Source of the DNA: Bacillota bacterium
GTDB taxonomy: Bacteria; Bacillota; Sulfobacillia; Fermentithermobacillales; Fermentithermobacillaceae
Assembly: GCA_040766225.1 (NCBI GenBank)
Contig: JAXGQX010000006.1
Span: 1,876-65,875, forward strand
Reading direction: 5' to 3'
Length of the DNA: 64,000 bases
This document shows positions 35,985 through 46,713 of this stretch, piece by piece (positions within the stretch are counted from its first letter, which is position 1; the number at the start of each line of letters is the position of its first letter). Made by a program: the position numbers and the translations under genes. The notes beneath the pieces were generated by a model. That model made no database searches. It saw only the letters and a program-made list of their open reading frames with translations, and was not told the DNA's origin.

Positions 35985-38010
35985 TCACCCTCACCGCTTC
36001 TACATTGGCCCTGTCGTCCAGCTCTTCGTAGGCGACCACCGCTATGTCGGGCACTATGCGTGAAGCTATCTCGTACACTTGGCTTCTAGACACGGCCGAG
36101 GTGATGAGCACCGGGCGCTTCGCTTTGGAACCTACCTCGGTCATGGCTTGGGAAATGACCTTCATCATCTGAGACAGCCTGTCCGCGCTGAGCGCGACGT
36201 AAGATCCGCGGTCTCCTTTCTTTGTGGCTTCGATGATCTCTCTCTCGAAAGAGGGGTCAAGAGTGGCCACCGGAAAAGGCCCCTTGTCCAAACCAAGCTC
36301 TTTCGTAATCAGGCGGGACAAGCCCTCCCGCACCCTCATGGTCAAGTAGTCTATGTCCTTGGACACCCTGGCAGCGTCCGCGAGGTGCTCCATAATTGTG
36401 ACTAGATCTCTGATGGGTATGCCTTCCCTGACCAGGTTCTGAAGCACCTTCTGGACGTCGCCCACGTTCAGAAGGGTGGGAATGGCTTCGTCCACGCACG
36501 AAGCGTCTTCTTGCTTGGCCAGGTCTATCAATCGCTGGGTCTCTTGACGGGTCAGGAGCATATGAGCGTTCTTGCGAAGGGACTCCGTCAGATGGGTCGC
36601 CACGACCGCGGAAGACTCTATCACCGTGTACCCGAGGGACTCGGCTTCATCCCTGCCGTCCCTGGGGATCCACACCACGTCTAGCCCGAAGGCCGGCTCC
36701 TTGCCCGGGATGCCCGTCACCTGCTTAGTGACGCCGGGCCCTTCCATGGCCATGAGCCTGTCAGGGTACACCTCTCCTGATCCGATCTCTACGCCCCGCA
36801 TGTTAATGCAGTATGTGTTGGGGCCGATACCGGCGAAGTTGTCTCGCACCCGCACAAACGGGATAACTACGCCCAGTTCAGATGCGATTTGCCGGCGAAC
36901 CATGACTATCCGGTCCATAAGGTCGCCCCCTTGGGAAGGGTCCGCCAAGGGCAATAGAGCGAGGCCAAACTCGATTTCCAGAGGGTCTACCTTGACCAGC
37001 GTTTGGGCGGCTTCCGGCTTCTTCTGGTCCTCCACTTCCTTCTTGTAGGCTTCCTCCCGCTTGCTTTGCTCTGTTGTTGACCTGGCTCTTTGAACCGACA
37101 GGCCGACTAGGAGCCACAGGGCTCCCAGAGAGATCATTGGCAATTTGGGGAGCCCTGGGATCAGGCTCAGAACAATGAGAGCCCAGCCCGTATACGTGAG
37201 GACTTTGGGGGATGCCGTAAGCTGCTTTAAGACTTCTGATCCCAGATTGTCTTTTGAACCTGAGCGGGTAACCATGATGCCTGTAGCGGCGGAAATGACC
37301 AGAGCAGGCAGCTGGCTTACCAGACCGTCGCCCACTGTGAGGAGGGCGTACTTGTGGAAGGATTCGGCGAAAGGCAGACCCTGTTGCAGCATGCCAACCG
37401 CAAACCCGCCGAAAAGGTTGATCAAGGTTATGACGAGGCCGGCGATGGCATCGCCTTTCACGAACTTGGAGGCGCCATCCATCGCCCCATAGAAGTCGGC
37501 TTCCTGCTCTGTGGCCCTGCGCCTCGATCTGGCTTCTTCTTCGGATATGAGACCCGCGTTAAGATCGGCGTCTATGGCCATCTGCTTGCCCGGCATAGCG
37601 TCCAAAGTGAAGCGCGCCGCGACTTCCGCTACCCTCTCGGCGCCTTTGGTGATGACGAGGAACTGGATGATGACCAAGATGGCGAAGACTACGAACCCGA
37701 CAACCTCATTGCCTCCCACTACGAAACTCCCGAAAGCCTCTATTATGCGGCCCGGTTTGCCATTTAGGAGGATCAACCTTGTAGAGGACACATTCAAGGC
37801 GAGCCTGTAAAGGGTCATTACCAAGAGCAGAGACGGAAAGACGGAAAACTCCAGAGGCTCCTTGGTGTACATGGTCAAGAGAAGCACGCCGATCGCGATG
37901 CTAAAGTTGGCGGCCAGTAGCATATCCAGGATGTACCACGGCAGTGGGACTACCATCATGGCGACTATTAGCACGACAAGTATGGAGACCATGCTTTCTG
38001 CGGATTTCAT
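35971..38010 (-). CDS. flhA: flagellar export apparatus protein FlhA
   Basis: The ORF-track entry 35971-38226 fuses the FlhB C-terminus onto FlhA. FlhA proper starts at ATG 38010 ([38 protein letters not shown]...), ~679 codons, with the conserved FVKGDAIAG motif and a cytoplasmic C-domain. Confidence 0.9.
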   Translation of the reverse strand: MKSAESMVSILVVLIVAMMVVPLPWYILDMLLAANFSIAIGVLLLTMYTKEPLEFSVFPSLLLVMTLYRLALNVSSTRLILLNGKPGRIIEAFGSFVVGGNEVVGFVVFAILVIIQFLVITKGAERVAEVAARFTLDAMPGKQMAIDADLNAGLISEEEARSRRRATEQEADFYGAMDGASKFVKGDAIAGLVITLINLFGGFAVGMLQQGLPFAESFHKYALLTVGDGLVSQLPALVISAATGIMVTRSGSKDNLGSEVLKQLTASPKVLTYTGWALIVLSLIPGLPKLPMISLGALWLLVGLSVQRARSTTEQSKREEAYKKEVEDQKKPEAAQTLVKVDPLEIEFGLALLPLADPSQGGDLMDRIVMVRRQIASELGVVIPFVRVRDNFAGIGPNTYCINMRGVEIGSGEVYPDRLMAMEGPGVTKQVTGIPGKEPAFGLDVVWIPRDGRDEAESLGYTVIESSAVVATHLTESLRKNAHMLLTRQETQRLIDLAKQEDASCVDEAIPTLLNVGDVQKVLQNLVREGIPIRDLVTIMEHLADAARVSKDIDYLTMRVREGLSRLITKELGLDKGPFPVATLDPSFEREIIEATKKGDRGSYVALSADRLSQMMKVISQAMTEVGSKAKRPVLITSAVSRSQVYEIASRIVPDIAVVAYEELDDRANVEAVRVIAVD

Positions 38011-39107
38011 CAATTGCGGCCCTCCCCCCGGGGGCTTTTCCGAGACACGGTAAACATACGCCAGCACTTCCGCGACGGCCCTGTAGAGTTCCTCGGGGAT
38101 CATCTCCCCAATGTCAGCGGCTTTGTACAGCGCTCTCGCCAAAGGCGGGTTGGGGACAATCTGGACTCCGTTTTCGCGCGCGACCTCTCTGATCTTTAGC
38201 GCCACGTCGTCCAGGCCCTTAGCCACTACTGTGGAACCGGGCTTGCCGATACGTCGTACTTGACGGCGACCGCGTAGTGCTCCGGGTTGACTATCACCGC
38301 ATCCGCGGTTTTGACATCTTCCATCATTCTTCGACGCGCCAATGCTCTCTGCCTTGCTCTAATGGCGGATCGGACCTCGGGTTTGACTTCGGCGTCCCGC
38401 ATTTCGTCTTTCAGTTCCCTGGGGGTCATCATTATGCTTCGTTCGTATTCCCACCACTGATAGACCCGGTCGGCCGCCCCAAGTCCCAGAAGGAAGATCC
38501 CGCAGTTTAGGACCAATCGCAAGAGAGTATCCCGGGTTATGCGTAACGAGTTGGAGAGGTCCCTCGTTATGAGCGACGACATTTGGGGCCATATGTTCTT
38601 CAGAGTCAGATATGCGGTGAGACCCACCAGGACCAATTTCAGCACAGACCGAAGACTGTCTGCCAGAGCTCGCCTGGAGAACAACCGCTTGAGCCCTTCC
38701 AGAGGGTTCACCCGGTTCAGGTCCATCGCAAGCAGGTTCATTCTCACGCCGAAGCCCGTCTGGGCAACCGAGGCCACAACACCGAAAGTCATCGCCGCAA
38801 TCACTATTGGCAAGACGGCCAAAGACGCGGTGATGATCAGTTCGCGCAAGACCTCTACCGCCCAGCCCACCGTGATAGCTCCCGGTAATCCTGCCGACCA
38901 CATCGCCTGCGCTCTGGTGGCGATGTGCTTCATGACAGGGTCAAGACTCAACCGGAGCGCTATCACGGCCGCAAGGAAGCCCGCGGCCGAGTTTAGGTCC
39001 GAGGATAACGCGACCTGCCCCTTTTCTCTGGCCATTTGCCTTCGACGAGGGGTTGCCGGCTCTTTCTTGTCTTCCGCGAAGAGCTGCAGGTCGATTTCGG
39101 CGATCAT
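38010..39107 (-). CDS. flhB: flagellar export apparatus protein FlhB (two frame changes)
   Basis: ATG 39107 overlaps the fliR stop (ATGA): [35 protein letters not shown]. The NPEHYAVAV autocleavage motif (NPxH) is present. The C-terminus ([35 protein letters not shown]) lies in the flhA-ORF frame after a shift near 38235. A second shift in the C6G5 run (38024-38034) would give TGA overlapping the flhA ATG. Confidence 0.85.
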
Positions 39108-39871
39108 CTTCCGAACGCCCCCAAGAGACTTTGAAGTACCGAACCAAGGGTTTCCGTTATCTCTTTTGTGAACGCGCCGTAGAAGGCGATGGACGCCGAC
39201 ATGATGCCCAGACCGACCATAGCCTTTATCGGCATGCCCACGACGAACACGTTCATCTGCGGAACTGTCCTGGCGACCACTCCCAGGGATATGTCCACGA
39301 TCAAGGCGGAAGCCCATATGGGGCAAGAAAGAACGGCCGCGATATACAGCATCTTTCCGAATGCCGCAAGGCCGATGGCTCCCCATTCCGAGGGGATGAA
39401 CGCGCCGCCCGCAGGCATCAGGGCAAAGGATTCCCAGAGACCTTTGACGAACAGGTGGTGCCCGTCCATGGTCAGGAAGACCATGGTAACGAGAAGATGC
39501 TTGAACGTGCCCATGATCGGGACCGACTGACCCAAAGAGGGGTCAATCACATTGGACAGCCCGAAGCCCATCATCATGTCGGCCACCTGCCCCGCCATTT
39601 CCACGGCTGACATCAGGATCCCTGAGATAGCCCCCAGGAAGAGGCCGAAGACAAGTTCCGCCAATGCGGGGCCAATCAAAGATGGGACTGATTCTGGCAA
39701 GGTCGCCACAGGGATCCCCGACCATAGCAGATATCCCGTGATGAGGCAAATCCCCGCCTTCACCGGACCCGGGATATACTTAGCCCCGAACACCGGCGCG
39801 GTGATGAACAGCCCTGTCGTGCGCAACACGGCGCACATGTACGGGAATACTACGGGAAACCACTCACCCAC
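39104..39871 (-). CDS. fliR: flagellar export apparatus protein FliR
   Basis: Intact 255-aa polytopic ORF in the canonical position between fliQ and flhB. Confidence 0.85.
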   Translation of the reverse strand: MGEWFPVVFPYMCAVLRTTGLFITAPVFGAKYIPGPVKAGICLITGYLLWSGIPVATLPESVPSLIGPALAELVFGLFLGAISGILMSAVEMAGQVADMMMGFGLSNVIDPSLGQSVPIMGTFKHLLVTMVFLTMDGHHLFVKGLWESFALMPAGGAFIPSEWGAIGLAAFGKMLYIAAVLSCPIWASALIVDISLGVVARTVPQMNVFVVGMPIKAMVGLGIMSASIAFYGAFTKEITETLGSVLQSLLGAFGR

Positions 39872-39886
39872 TGTAAAGCCCTCCGT

Positions 39887-40152
39887 CTAGCCTAGGCCGC
39901 TTAGTCTTCCTATGTACCCTTGCGCGAAATCCAGAAGTGTCTTAAGCATCCACCCTCCGAAGAGGAACAGAGCCAATAGCACCGACAAAATCTTGGGAAC
40001 GAAACTTAGCGTCTGATCGTGTATCTGAGTCGTTGCCTGAAACACCGAAACCAGGAACCCTACGACCACCGAGATGACCAAGACGGGAGCGGACACCTTT
40101 ATGATGGTCAACAACGTCCCTTCCGATGCTTATGACTCTGATTCGAGCCCAT
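39887..40152 (-). CDS. fliQ: flagellar export apparatus protein FliQ (N-terminus needs two frame changes)
   Basis: ORF 39887-40114 contains VGFLVSVFQATTQIHDQTLSFVPKI. ATG 40152 (MGSNQ) and the piece RVISIGRDVV lie in other frames. Confidence 0.85.
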
Positions 40153-40193
40153 CTCTTAACCCCCCGGCCTTCTTTTCGTCTAGTTGGAACTGC

Positions 40194-41322
40194 CTAATTG
40201 AACCCTGAAACCAGAGACTTGGTGATGAGGCCCCAGCCGTCGACAAGGACAAAAGCAAGATCTTGAAGGGCAACGAGATCGACCGGCGGAAGCATAAGCA
40301 TTCCCATGGACATAAGCAAAAGCAACCACCATATCCACCACCAAGAAGGGCAAATACAGCATGAAGCCCATCTTCGAACGACGTCCGAAACTTCAGAAAT
40401 GGCGAAACGCGGGAACCACCTGTAACAGGGACAAGTCCGAAGGGGAATCCGGAAGCGTTTCCGATCCCATACTGGCGAACAGCGCAAGATCCTTTTCTCG
40501 GGTCTCTCTCAACATGAAGTCCTTTAGCGGTCCGGAGGCCTGTTCCACGGCCTTTTGAAGGTCAATCTCTCCGGCTACGTAAGGGGCGATAGCCGCCTTG
40601 TTTATGACGCTCCACGTCGGCGCCATCACAAAGAATGTCAGAAGGAGAGCGATGCCTATTAGGACTTGGTTTGGAGGAGTCTGCTGAGTTCCCAGACCTG
40701 ACCTGAGGAAAGAGAACACCACCACTATGCGAGTGAAGCACGTTGTGAGGATAAGGATGGCGGGCGCTAAGGTCAAGACCGTTAGCATTCCGAGGATTCC
40801 CAGAGCTGTGCCGAGGCTCCCCTGTTCTTGGCCACCCACGTTGATGTTGATCTCGGGTACCGGCAGATTCGGGGCCGCGGAGACGACGCAGGCCGAAGAA
40901 AGGGTCACCGCCAGGGCGATGAGCAGGGCTAGCGTAGAACGGCGGGTGCTGAACCTTCTGGAGACCTTCTTGACCTCGTCTCCTAGGATGGAGACAAAGG
41001 ACTTGCCCGCTTCGCTAAGCCCCGTCTCTAGGACTGGGTTTCCTTCCTCCGCCGTTTCGAGTTCGCCTGTGTCTTGGGTTTCCTTGACAAGCGTGATGGA
41101 GTGCTCGGTGACGCCCAGAAGCATCAGCCGGCCGTTCCACCTCACTACCGATAGAGCACGGTTTTGGCCCAGCGGGAGTGAGTCTACTACCCTAAGCCCG
41201 CTTCCTAGTCTCCTCTGAAACCTCCCGCTCCGGTATTTCACCAAGAACAGGCAAATCGTTATCAGTATCCCAAGGAAGCCCACTATTTTCATTATCGCTG
41301 AACCCAACGAGAAGCCGTCCAT
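40194..41322 (-). CDS. fliP: FliO/FliZ-like N-terminal module and FliP in one reading frame; FliP C-terminus broken by >=3 frame changes
   Basis: In ORF 40393-41322, residues 1-~120 are FliO-like (one TM, then VVDSLPLGQNRALSVVRWNGRLMLLGVTEHSITLV). A FliP signal peptide follows, then GTALGILGMLTVLTLAPAILILTTCFTRIVVVFSFLRSGLG. The C-terminal FliP motifs (MGFMLYLPFLVVDMVVA, SMGMLMLPPVDL, VLVDGWGLITKSLVSGFN*) are in ORFs 40180-40371 and 40194-40487. Confidence 0.85.
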
Positions 41323-41410
41323 AATCTATGCCGGAAAACCCGGCGGGCACCCCCCTTGTATCTGTCTCCCGCTTAAGTCTCCGTACTATATCCAAAATCT
41401 TAGGATCCGG

Positions 41411-41890
41411 TCAGTTCGCTTTGCGAGACTCCTTGTCTGGTCTTTTGTGGATGATCTCGCGAATGCGGACACCGAAGTTCTCGTCTATTACAACTACCTC
41501 TCCCAGGGCGAACGGCTTTCCGTTTATGAGTATGTCTACAGGATCGCCGGCCGTGCGGTCTAGTTCCACGATGGAGCCCGCGGTCAGGCTCAAAAGGTCC
41601 TTCACGAAACATCTGGCTTTCCCTAGTTCCACGCTAACCGACAGCGGGACATCCATCAGCACTTCCATACCCGCTACCGGTACATCCATGGTCTGTTCCG
41701 TAGCCAGTTTCTCAAACACGGCAGGCGCGATGTTTGGGCTATCCGGCTTCGCTCCCGTTGGCTCGTGCTCGTCGTCGGATGCGTGCCGCACAGCCGGTCT
41801 GCCCGTCGTTTTGCCCTCCTTCTGGGATAGGCCTGGGCGAGTCTTCAACAGCTCGTCGATTTCTCTTTGGCTTAGGTTCGTGAATTCCAT
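41411..41890 (-). CDS. fliN: flagellar motor switch protein FliN
   Basis: Intact 159-aa ORF with N-terminal LSQREIDELL and the C-terminal SpoA domain (SVELGKARCFVKDLLSLTAGSIVELDRTAGDPVDILINGKPFALGEVVVIDENFGVRI). Confidence 0.9.
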   Translation of the reverse strand: MEFTNLSQREIDELLKTRPGLSQKEGKTTGRPAVRHASDDEHEPTGAKPDSPNIAPAVFEKLATEQTMDVPVAGMEVLMDVPLSVSVELGKARCFVKDLLSLTAGSIVELDRTAGDPVDILINGKPFALGEVVVIDENFGVRIREIIHKRPDKESRKAN

Positions 41891-42877
41891 CTAGACAGGA
41901 TCCCCCTCTCCCTCTTCTGCCAATGACACGATCTTGGCTGCCAGGCGGTTGCCGATGAGGCCGATTTTGGCCTTAAACTTGGGCTTCCCGAACACGTATA
42001 AGGTCACGTACCCGCCCTTTGGCGCGTCTAGTTCCAATACATCCCCGGTTTCCATGGACACGATGTCCAGAAGCGACAAGGCCGTGCTTCCCAGACGGCA
42101 GGATATCGGCACATCTATGTCCTCTAGGGCGTTTGTGACGGACTCGCCCTCCGGGCGCGAAGGCTCCATGCCCCTAGAGAACCAGCGGTTGGCTGAGAGC
42201 GCCGGCAACACCGGCTCCAAGAGGACATGGGGCAGGCAGAACTCCACGAGACCGGATTGATTTCCGAACTTCACCGTGACGCTCACCGAGAGCACCATAT
42301 CGTTAGGGGCCATAGCTTGTTGTATGAACAAAGGATTGGTTTCGAGGGCCACCACCGAGAGTTTTCGGTTAATGTCCAACTCCTTCATGGTGGCGGACAA
42401 AATGTCAGACATGCCTTGTGCCAAGCGCTTTGCCATGGCCATTTCTATCTCGGTCAAAGAGCGAGACACCGTCGAGGGATTCCCTTCGCCTCCGCACATT
42501 CTGTCCAACATGGGAAGGATTACCTTCAGGCTGAAGTTGGAGAGCATGTTGGAAGGGAGGTCGTCCCAGGAGACAATGGCGACGCTACACGGGCTCGGCA
42601 GAGCCTTGGCAAACTCCTGGTAGGTTACTTGGTCTATTGAACTAACTTCGACGTGTATGGCCATCCTGAACAACGCCGAGAAATACGAGGTCAGCTGCCT
42701 TGAGAAGTTGTCGAACAGGAGCTGGGCCCCGCGCATGTGGTCCTTGGAAAACTTGTCCGGTCTTTTGAAATCGTAGACTCGCAACCTGGCCTTGGCTACC
42801 TGCGGAAGACTGCCCGCGCCGCCTTTTCTCATCACTGAGACTATCAGTTCATCTATGTCTTTCTGAGAAAGCGCCAA
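41891..42877 (-). CDS. fliM: flagellar motor switch protein FliM
   Basis: Intact 328-aa ORF with LSQKDIDELI, VYDFKRPDKFSKD, and middle and C-terminal SpoA-like domains. Confidence 0.9.
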   Translation of the reverse strand: MALSQKDIDELIVSVMRKGGAGSLPQVAKARLRVYDFKRPDKFSKDHMRGAQLLFDNFSRQLTSYFSALFRMAIHVEVSSIDQVTYQEFAKALPSPCSVAIVSWDDLPSNMLSNFSLKVILPMLDRMCGGEGNPSTVSRSLTEIEMAMAKRLAQGMSDILSATMKELDINRKLSVVALETNPLFIQQAMAPNDMVLSVSVTVKFGNQSGLVEFCLPHVLLEPVLPALSANRWFSRGMEPSRPEGESVTNALEDIDVPISCRLGSTALSLLDIVSMETGDVLELDAPKGGYVTLYVFGKPKFKAKIGLIGNRLAAKIVSLAEEGEGDPV

Positions 42878-42904
42878 AGCCGCATCCCCCCTTCTAAGGC
42901 ACGT

Positions 42905-43330
42905 CTACTGGACTATGAACTCTGAGAAAAACACGTTCTTCGCGACACCCGGGCATCTGGTCTCGATGCGTCCGAGAATGTCTATCTGAAGATCCCTGAG
43001 GCCATTCTCGCCTGTGAGTTCTTCAAATGTCTTGGAGCGGAGAAGACCGTAAATGTCCGTCTTTATCTCGCTTGCCCTGCTCGTGACCGAAGTCGCCTTA
43101 TCCGCTAGCACTTCGACCTCCGCGGATATGCGTATGTACCTGCCGGAATCGACCAAGTTGGTCATGAACTGGCCAAGGCTTATGAGGGACAGGGCAGGTT
43201 CCGCTTGGCCGCTGCCACCTTCCCTCGGACCAAACCCAAATACGGGAAACCCCCAAACCTTGGAGGCGCCCATGTAACCTAGGGCGGCCACCACCAGTAC
43301 AAGCGCGATCAACAACAGGATCTTCTTCAT
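42905..43330 (-). CDS. fliL: flagellar basal body-associated protein FliL
   Basis: Intact 141-aa ORF with an N-terminal TM and FliL-like segments (FMTNLVDSGRYIRISAEVEV...VFFSEFIVQ). Confidence 0.85.
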   Translation of the reverse strand: MKKILLLIALVLVVAALGYMGASKVWGFPVFGFGPREGGSGQAEPALSLISLGQFMTNLVDSGRYIRISAEVEVLADKATSVTSRASEIKTDIYGLLRSKTFEELTGENGLRDLQIDILGRIETRCPGVAKNVFFSEFIVQ

Positions 43331-43362
43331 GACGACACCTCCGACAACACGTTGCCAATGAG

Positions 43363-44094
43363 CTACCGCGGTTCTGCGCCCGCCAATGATTCCCTCAGGA
43401 TCACGATGTCCACCCTCCGGTTCCGACGCCTACCCTCAACCGTGTCGTTATCCTCTAAAGGGTGGTACTCTCCGTACCCGCCCGCCTGCATTCGATTGCC
43501 CGAAAAGCCGCACTCCGTCATGAAAAACCTGACTACGCTGGCTGCCCGTCCCGTGGACAACTCCCAGTTAGACGGGAACTTTTCGGTGTTGATGGGCCAG
43601 TTGTCTGTGTGCCCTTCGACCCTCACCGGGTTGGTGGTAGTAGTGAGGAACTCCCCCACTTCCCTTAGAACGGCGAACCCCTCCGGTCTTAGGTCGGCGC
43701 TTCCCAGGTCGAAAAGGACGGAGTCGGCGAACCGCACGACCAAACCGCGCTCTTCCATCTCGATGGATACTTGGTCCGGAAAACCGGCTTCCGCCAGTTC
43801 TCTCTTCAGGGAGTCTCCCAGTATCTCGAGCCTGGCCAGTTCTGCGGCTATCAAAGAAAGCTCCTCGCCGGACATCGCCCCGTTTTGATCGAGGATGCTG
43901 GGCTGGCTACCCTCAAGGACGCCGAAAGCGCCGTGGACCGATTCCACGGCTTCTCTGAACTTCTCAGCGTTCACCATGGACATGGAGAACAACAGGATGA
44001 AGAAGGTCATCAACAAGGTGACCATGTCGGCGTACGTGTTCATCCAAGGCGCTGACCTTGGCGCATCGTCATCTTGGATTCGCGGCCGCGCCAC
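43363..44094 (-). CDS. motB: flagellar stator protein MotB (OmpA-like)
   Basis: Intact 243-aa ORF with WMNTYADMVTLLMTFFILLFS (TM containing the conserved Asp) and a C-terminal OmpA domain (VEGHTDNWPI...NRRVDIVI). Confidence 0.9.
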   Translation of the reverse strand: MARPRIQDDDAPRSAPWMNTYADMVTLLMTFFILLFSMSMVNAEKFREAVESVHGAFGVLEGSQPSILDQNGAMSGEELSLIAAELARLEILGDSLKRELAEAGFPDQVSIEMEERGLVVRFADSVLFDLGSADLRPEGFAVLREVGEFLTTTTNPVRVEGHTDNWPINTEKFPSNWELSTGRAASVVRFFMTECGFSGNRMQAGGYGEYHPLEDNDTVEGRRRNRRVDIVILRESLAGAEPR

Positions 44095-44884
44095 CCGTTG
44101 CCACCTCCTTACCCTTTTCAGTCACTGCCAGCTGCAATCTTTCTCTCGGTGACAGGAAGGACTTGAGCTTCTCCTGGACGACCCTGGGGTTGTCCCCCGC
44201 CTGGATAGATAGGACCCCTTCGATGATGGCTTCCTTAATGAAGACCTCACGGGCATTTCGTATCTTGAGCTTGGTGGCTATAGGCAAGAACACCATGTTG
44301 GCAAGGACCGAGCCGTAGAATGTGGTTACAAGGGCCACTGCCATCCCCGGACCGATCTTGCTGGGGTCGTACAACAACAACAGCATCTGTATGAGGCCGA
44401 TCAGCGTTCCGATCATGCCGAAGGCCGGCGAGTAGGCGCCCATTGTTTCGAATACCGCTTGTCCGGTCTTGTGCCGGTCGGCGACGAACGTCAACTCGGT
44501 CTCCAATATGTTCCTAACAAGCTCTTGAGTGGTCCCGTCTACCACCAGGCGTATGCCTTTCTGCATGAACGGGTCGGTGAGAAGGTCGGCGTCTTCGTCT
44601 AGAGCCAAGAGCCCTTCGCGCCGGGCTTTATCCGCGAAGGTGACAAGCGTCTTGACGGTCTCGCCGATATCGCCCTCCTTTGTCGTGAAGGCGTTCTTGG
44701 CGATCTTGAGAACATCCAGGAACGTACCCCATTGATAACTCATTAGGGTCGCCGTAAACGTTCCTCCAAGCGTTATGAAGACCGAGGCGGGATCCCAGAA
44801 GGGTTTGAGGCTTCCTCCTAAGGTCATCCCCGCGATGACCACGCCAAACGTGGTGATCATTCCGGCTACTGTCGCTCTGTCCAC
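44069..44884 (-). CDS. motA: flagellar stator protein MotA
   Basis: ORF 44069-44950 trimmed to GTG 44884 (GGTGAGGTG upstream). It has four TM segments and a MotA/ExbB channel motif (GMIGTLIGLIQML...ALVTTFYG). Its 3' end overlaps the motB start. Confidence 0.85.
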   Translation of the reverse strand: MDRATVAGMITTFGVVIAGMTLGGSLKPFWDPASVFITLGGTFTATLMSYQWGTFLDVLKIAKNAFTTKEGDIGETVKTLVTFADKARREGLLALDEDADLLTDPFMQKGIRLVVDGTTQELVRNILETELTFVADRHKTGQAVFETMGAYSPAFGMIGTLIGLIQMLLLLYDPSKIGPGMAVALVTTFYGSVLANMVFLPIATKLKIRNAREVFIKEAIIEGVLSIQAGDNPRVVQEKLKSFLSPRERLQLAVTEKGKEVATGGAAANPR

Positions 44885-44960
44885 AACCGACACCTCACCA
44901 TTCCGTGGCCTGCGCGAGAATGAGACCCTCGCGCAGGCCGCTTCCTTCAAGACTGCCTAA

Positions 44961-46208
44961 CTAGCGCTTCAAACTGACCAGTTCCTGCAAGAGCTCGTCT
45001 GCCACGGTGATGATCCTCGAGCTCGCTTGGAACCCCCTCTGAGTGATGATCATCTGAGTGAACTCTTCCGCCAGGTCCACGTTGGACATTTCCAGAGAAC
45101 TGGGTGCGATGGTTCCGCGCCCCGAGGTACCGGCCTCGCCGATGTCAGGCGCGCCCGAGTTATTGGACTGCCTGTAAAGGCTCTTTCCCAACTTGAGAAG
45201 ACCGCCCGGGTTTGCGAAGTTGGCTATCGCCAACTGCCCTAATACCCTGGTCTGCCCGTTTGAGTAAAACCCGGAGATGACCCCTTGGAATCGAAGGTGA
45301 ATGACTCCAAAGTCCCCGTCGCACAGCCGTCAACCACAGGAGCGGCTATGGTTGACGGGCCTGCGACCTGCGTAACCTCGTCAAACACCAACTCTACCGT
45401 TACCGGGTCCACGCCGGCCGAAGTGAAACTGAACGTGGGCGGCGTGGCGCCTGAAGTGCCGGTAGCCGATAGAAGCCTCCCGTACGAGTCAAAGGTGAGG
45501 ACGCCGTCTCCCGTGATACCGGTTGGCCCGCCTGCAGTCCAAGTCCATTCGTTCGGGTTCGCCGTCTTCTCGAAGGTAATGTTCACCGCATGAGTCGATC
45601 CCTGGGAGTCGAAGACGGTTACCGGGCTGCTCTTAATCGTTCCGCACAGCCTGCGAATCCAGGTTCTTGTCCCACTTGATAAGTGTCGTCGCTTGAGCGG
45701 GCATGTTTGATCCGATGGCGATGCGCACGGGACTCATTAGGTCCTCGGACTTATCCACAGGAAGGACGCCCGCGTCGTCGGCGATCCATCCCAGTACCTT
45801 GCGCCCTTCGGCGTCGGTCAAGATGCCGTCTCCGTCAGTGTCAAACGCTCCTACCCTGGTGAAAGCGGTCGCGGCGCCGTCTCGCACCACAAAGAAGCCG
45901 CTTCCTTCAATGGCCACGTCGGTCATCCTGGACGTCGGCTGCAGGTTACCCGACGTGTGATTCGTGTCTATGCTTGCCGTCGTGACGCCCAGGCCCACTT
46001 GCATGGGGTTGACCCCGCCCCGAGCGCTCATGCTGGTATCCGAAGGGGAACTGGCGCCCCTAAGAGTCTGGCTAAATACTTCTTGAAACGTCACTCTGCT
46101 GGTCTTGAACCCAGGGGTGTTAACGTTGGCGACGTTGTTGCCTATCACGTCCATGCGCGTCTGATGAGTACGAAGACCCGAGACTGCGCTAAAAAGCGAA
46201 CGCATCAT
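44961..46208 (-). CDS. flgE: flagellar hook protein FlgE (two frame changes)
   Basis: Three ORFs tile it. 45633-46208 is the N-terminus (MMRSLFSAVSGLRTHQTRMDVIGNNVANVNTPGFK). 45239-45586 is the middle. 44961-45233 is the C-terminus (LEMSNVDLAEEFTQMIITQRGFQASSRIITVADELLQELVSLKR). Confidence 0.85.
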
Positions 46209-46320
46209 TTCTCAACTCAAACCCCTTTCTATACTTTGGGTTCCATCGCTCCCGCTTGTCGATTTGGAGCGCCTGACCTCCCTCGAAAGGGTCCGGCCCG
46301 GAACCTCTTGGCAAGTGTCT

Positions 46321-46713
46321 CTATCTGTCTACTAGCACGGCGCTGTCTATCGACGTGAACACGTGCTCCTTCATCCGCTCTTCGGGGATCACCGTCACAA
46401 CCGTGCCGCTTTGAGGCGCCACAACAAACGCCAATCCCTTCATTAGAACTAGGGTCGACCGGGCGCCTTTCGCGGACGCAATCTGCACAGCTCCTTCAAG
46501 CTGAGACAGCTTGTGCGAATCTAAGGGCCGGCCCCAAGCCTGAAGTCTTTCGGTCGCGTGCTTTGAAAAGGTGACCGACTGCGTTTTCTCGATCCCATTA
46601 AGGATCTGGGCAAAGGACGTCTGTCCTTTCGGTTGCCGCAAAGCCGCCCCGTTAGTTGGCCTTGGGCCGATGTCGGTGACTCTATGGTCTCTGTCAGATA
46701 TCGTGATCTGCAT
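46321..46713 (-). CDS. flagellar operon protein (TIGR02530-like, found between flgD and flgE in Firmicutes)
   Basis: Intact 130-aa ORF with VTFSKHATERL...STLVLMKGLAFVVAPQSGTVVTVIPEERMKEHVFTSIDSAVLV. The family is assigned from memory of the conserved FSKHA / NVFTNIDSAV pattern. Confidence 0.65.
   Translation of the reverse strand: MQITISDRDHRVTDIGPRPTNGAALRQPKGQTSFAQILNGIEKTQSVTFSKHATERLQAWGRPLDSHKLSQLEGAVQIASAKGARSTLVLMKGLAFVVAPQSGTVVTVIPEERMKEHVFTSIDSAVLVDR

Noticed and set aside
35971-38226. The 751-aa ORF as an FlhB(C-terminus)-FlhA fusion protein.
   Set aside because: The first 72 residues are the FlhB C-terminal domain, read through a C6G5 homopolymer region. Deleting one nucleotide there yields TGA overlapping a well-placed flhA ATG (38010). 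The fusion is an artefact of the frame error.
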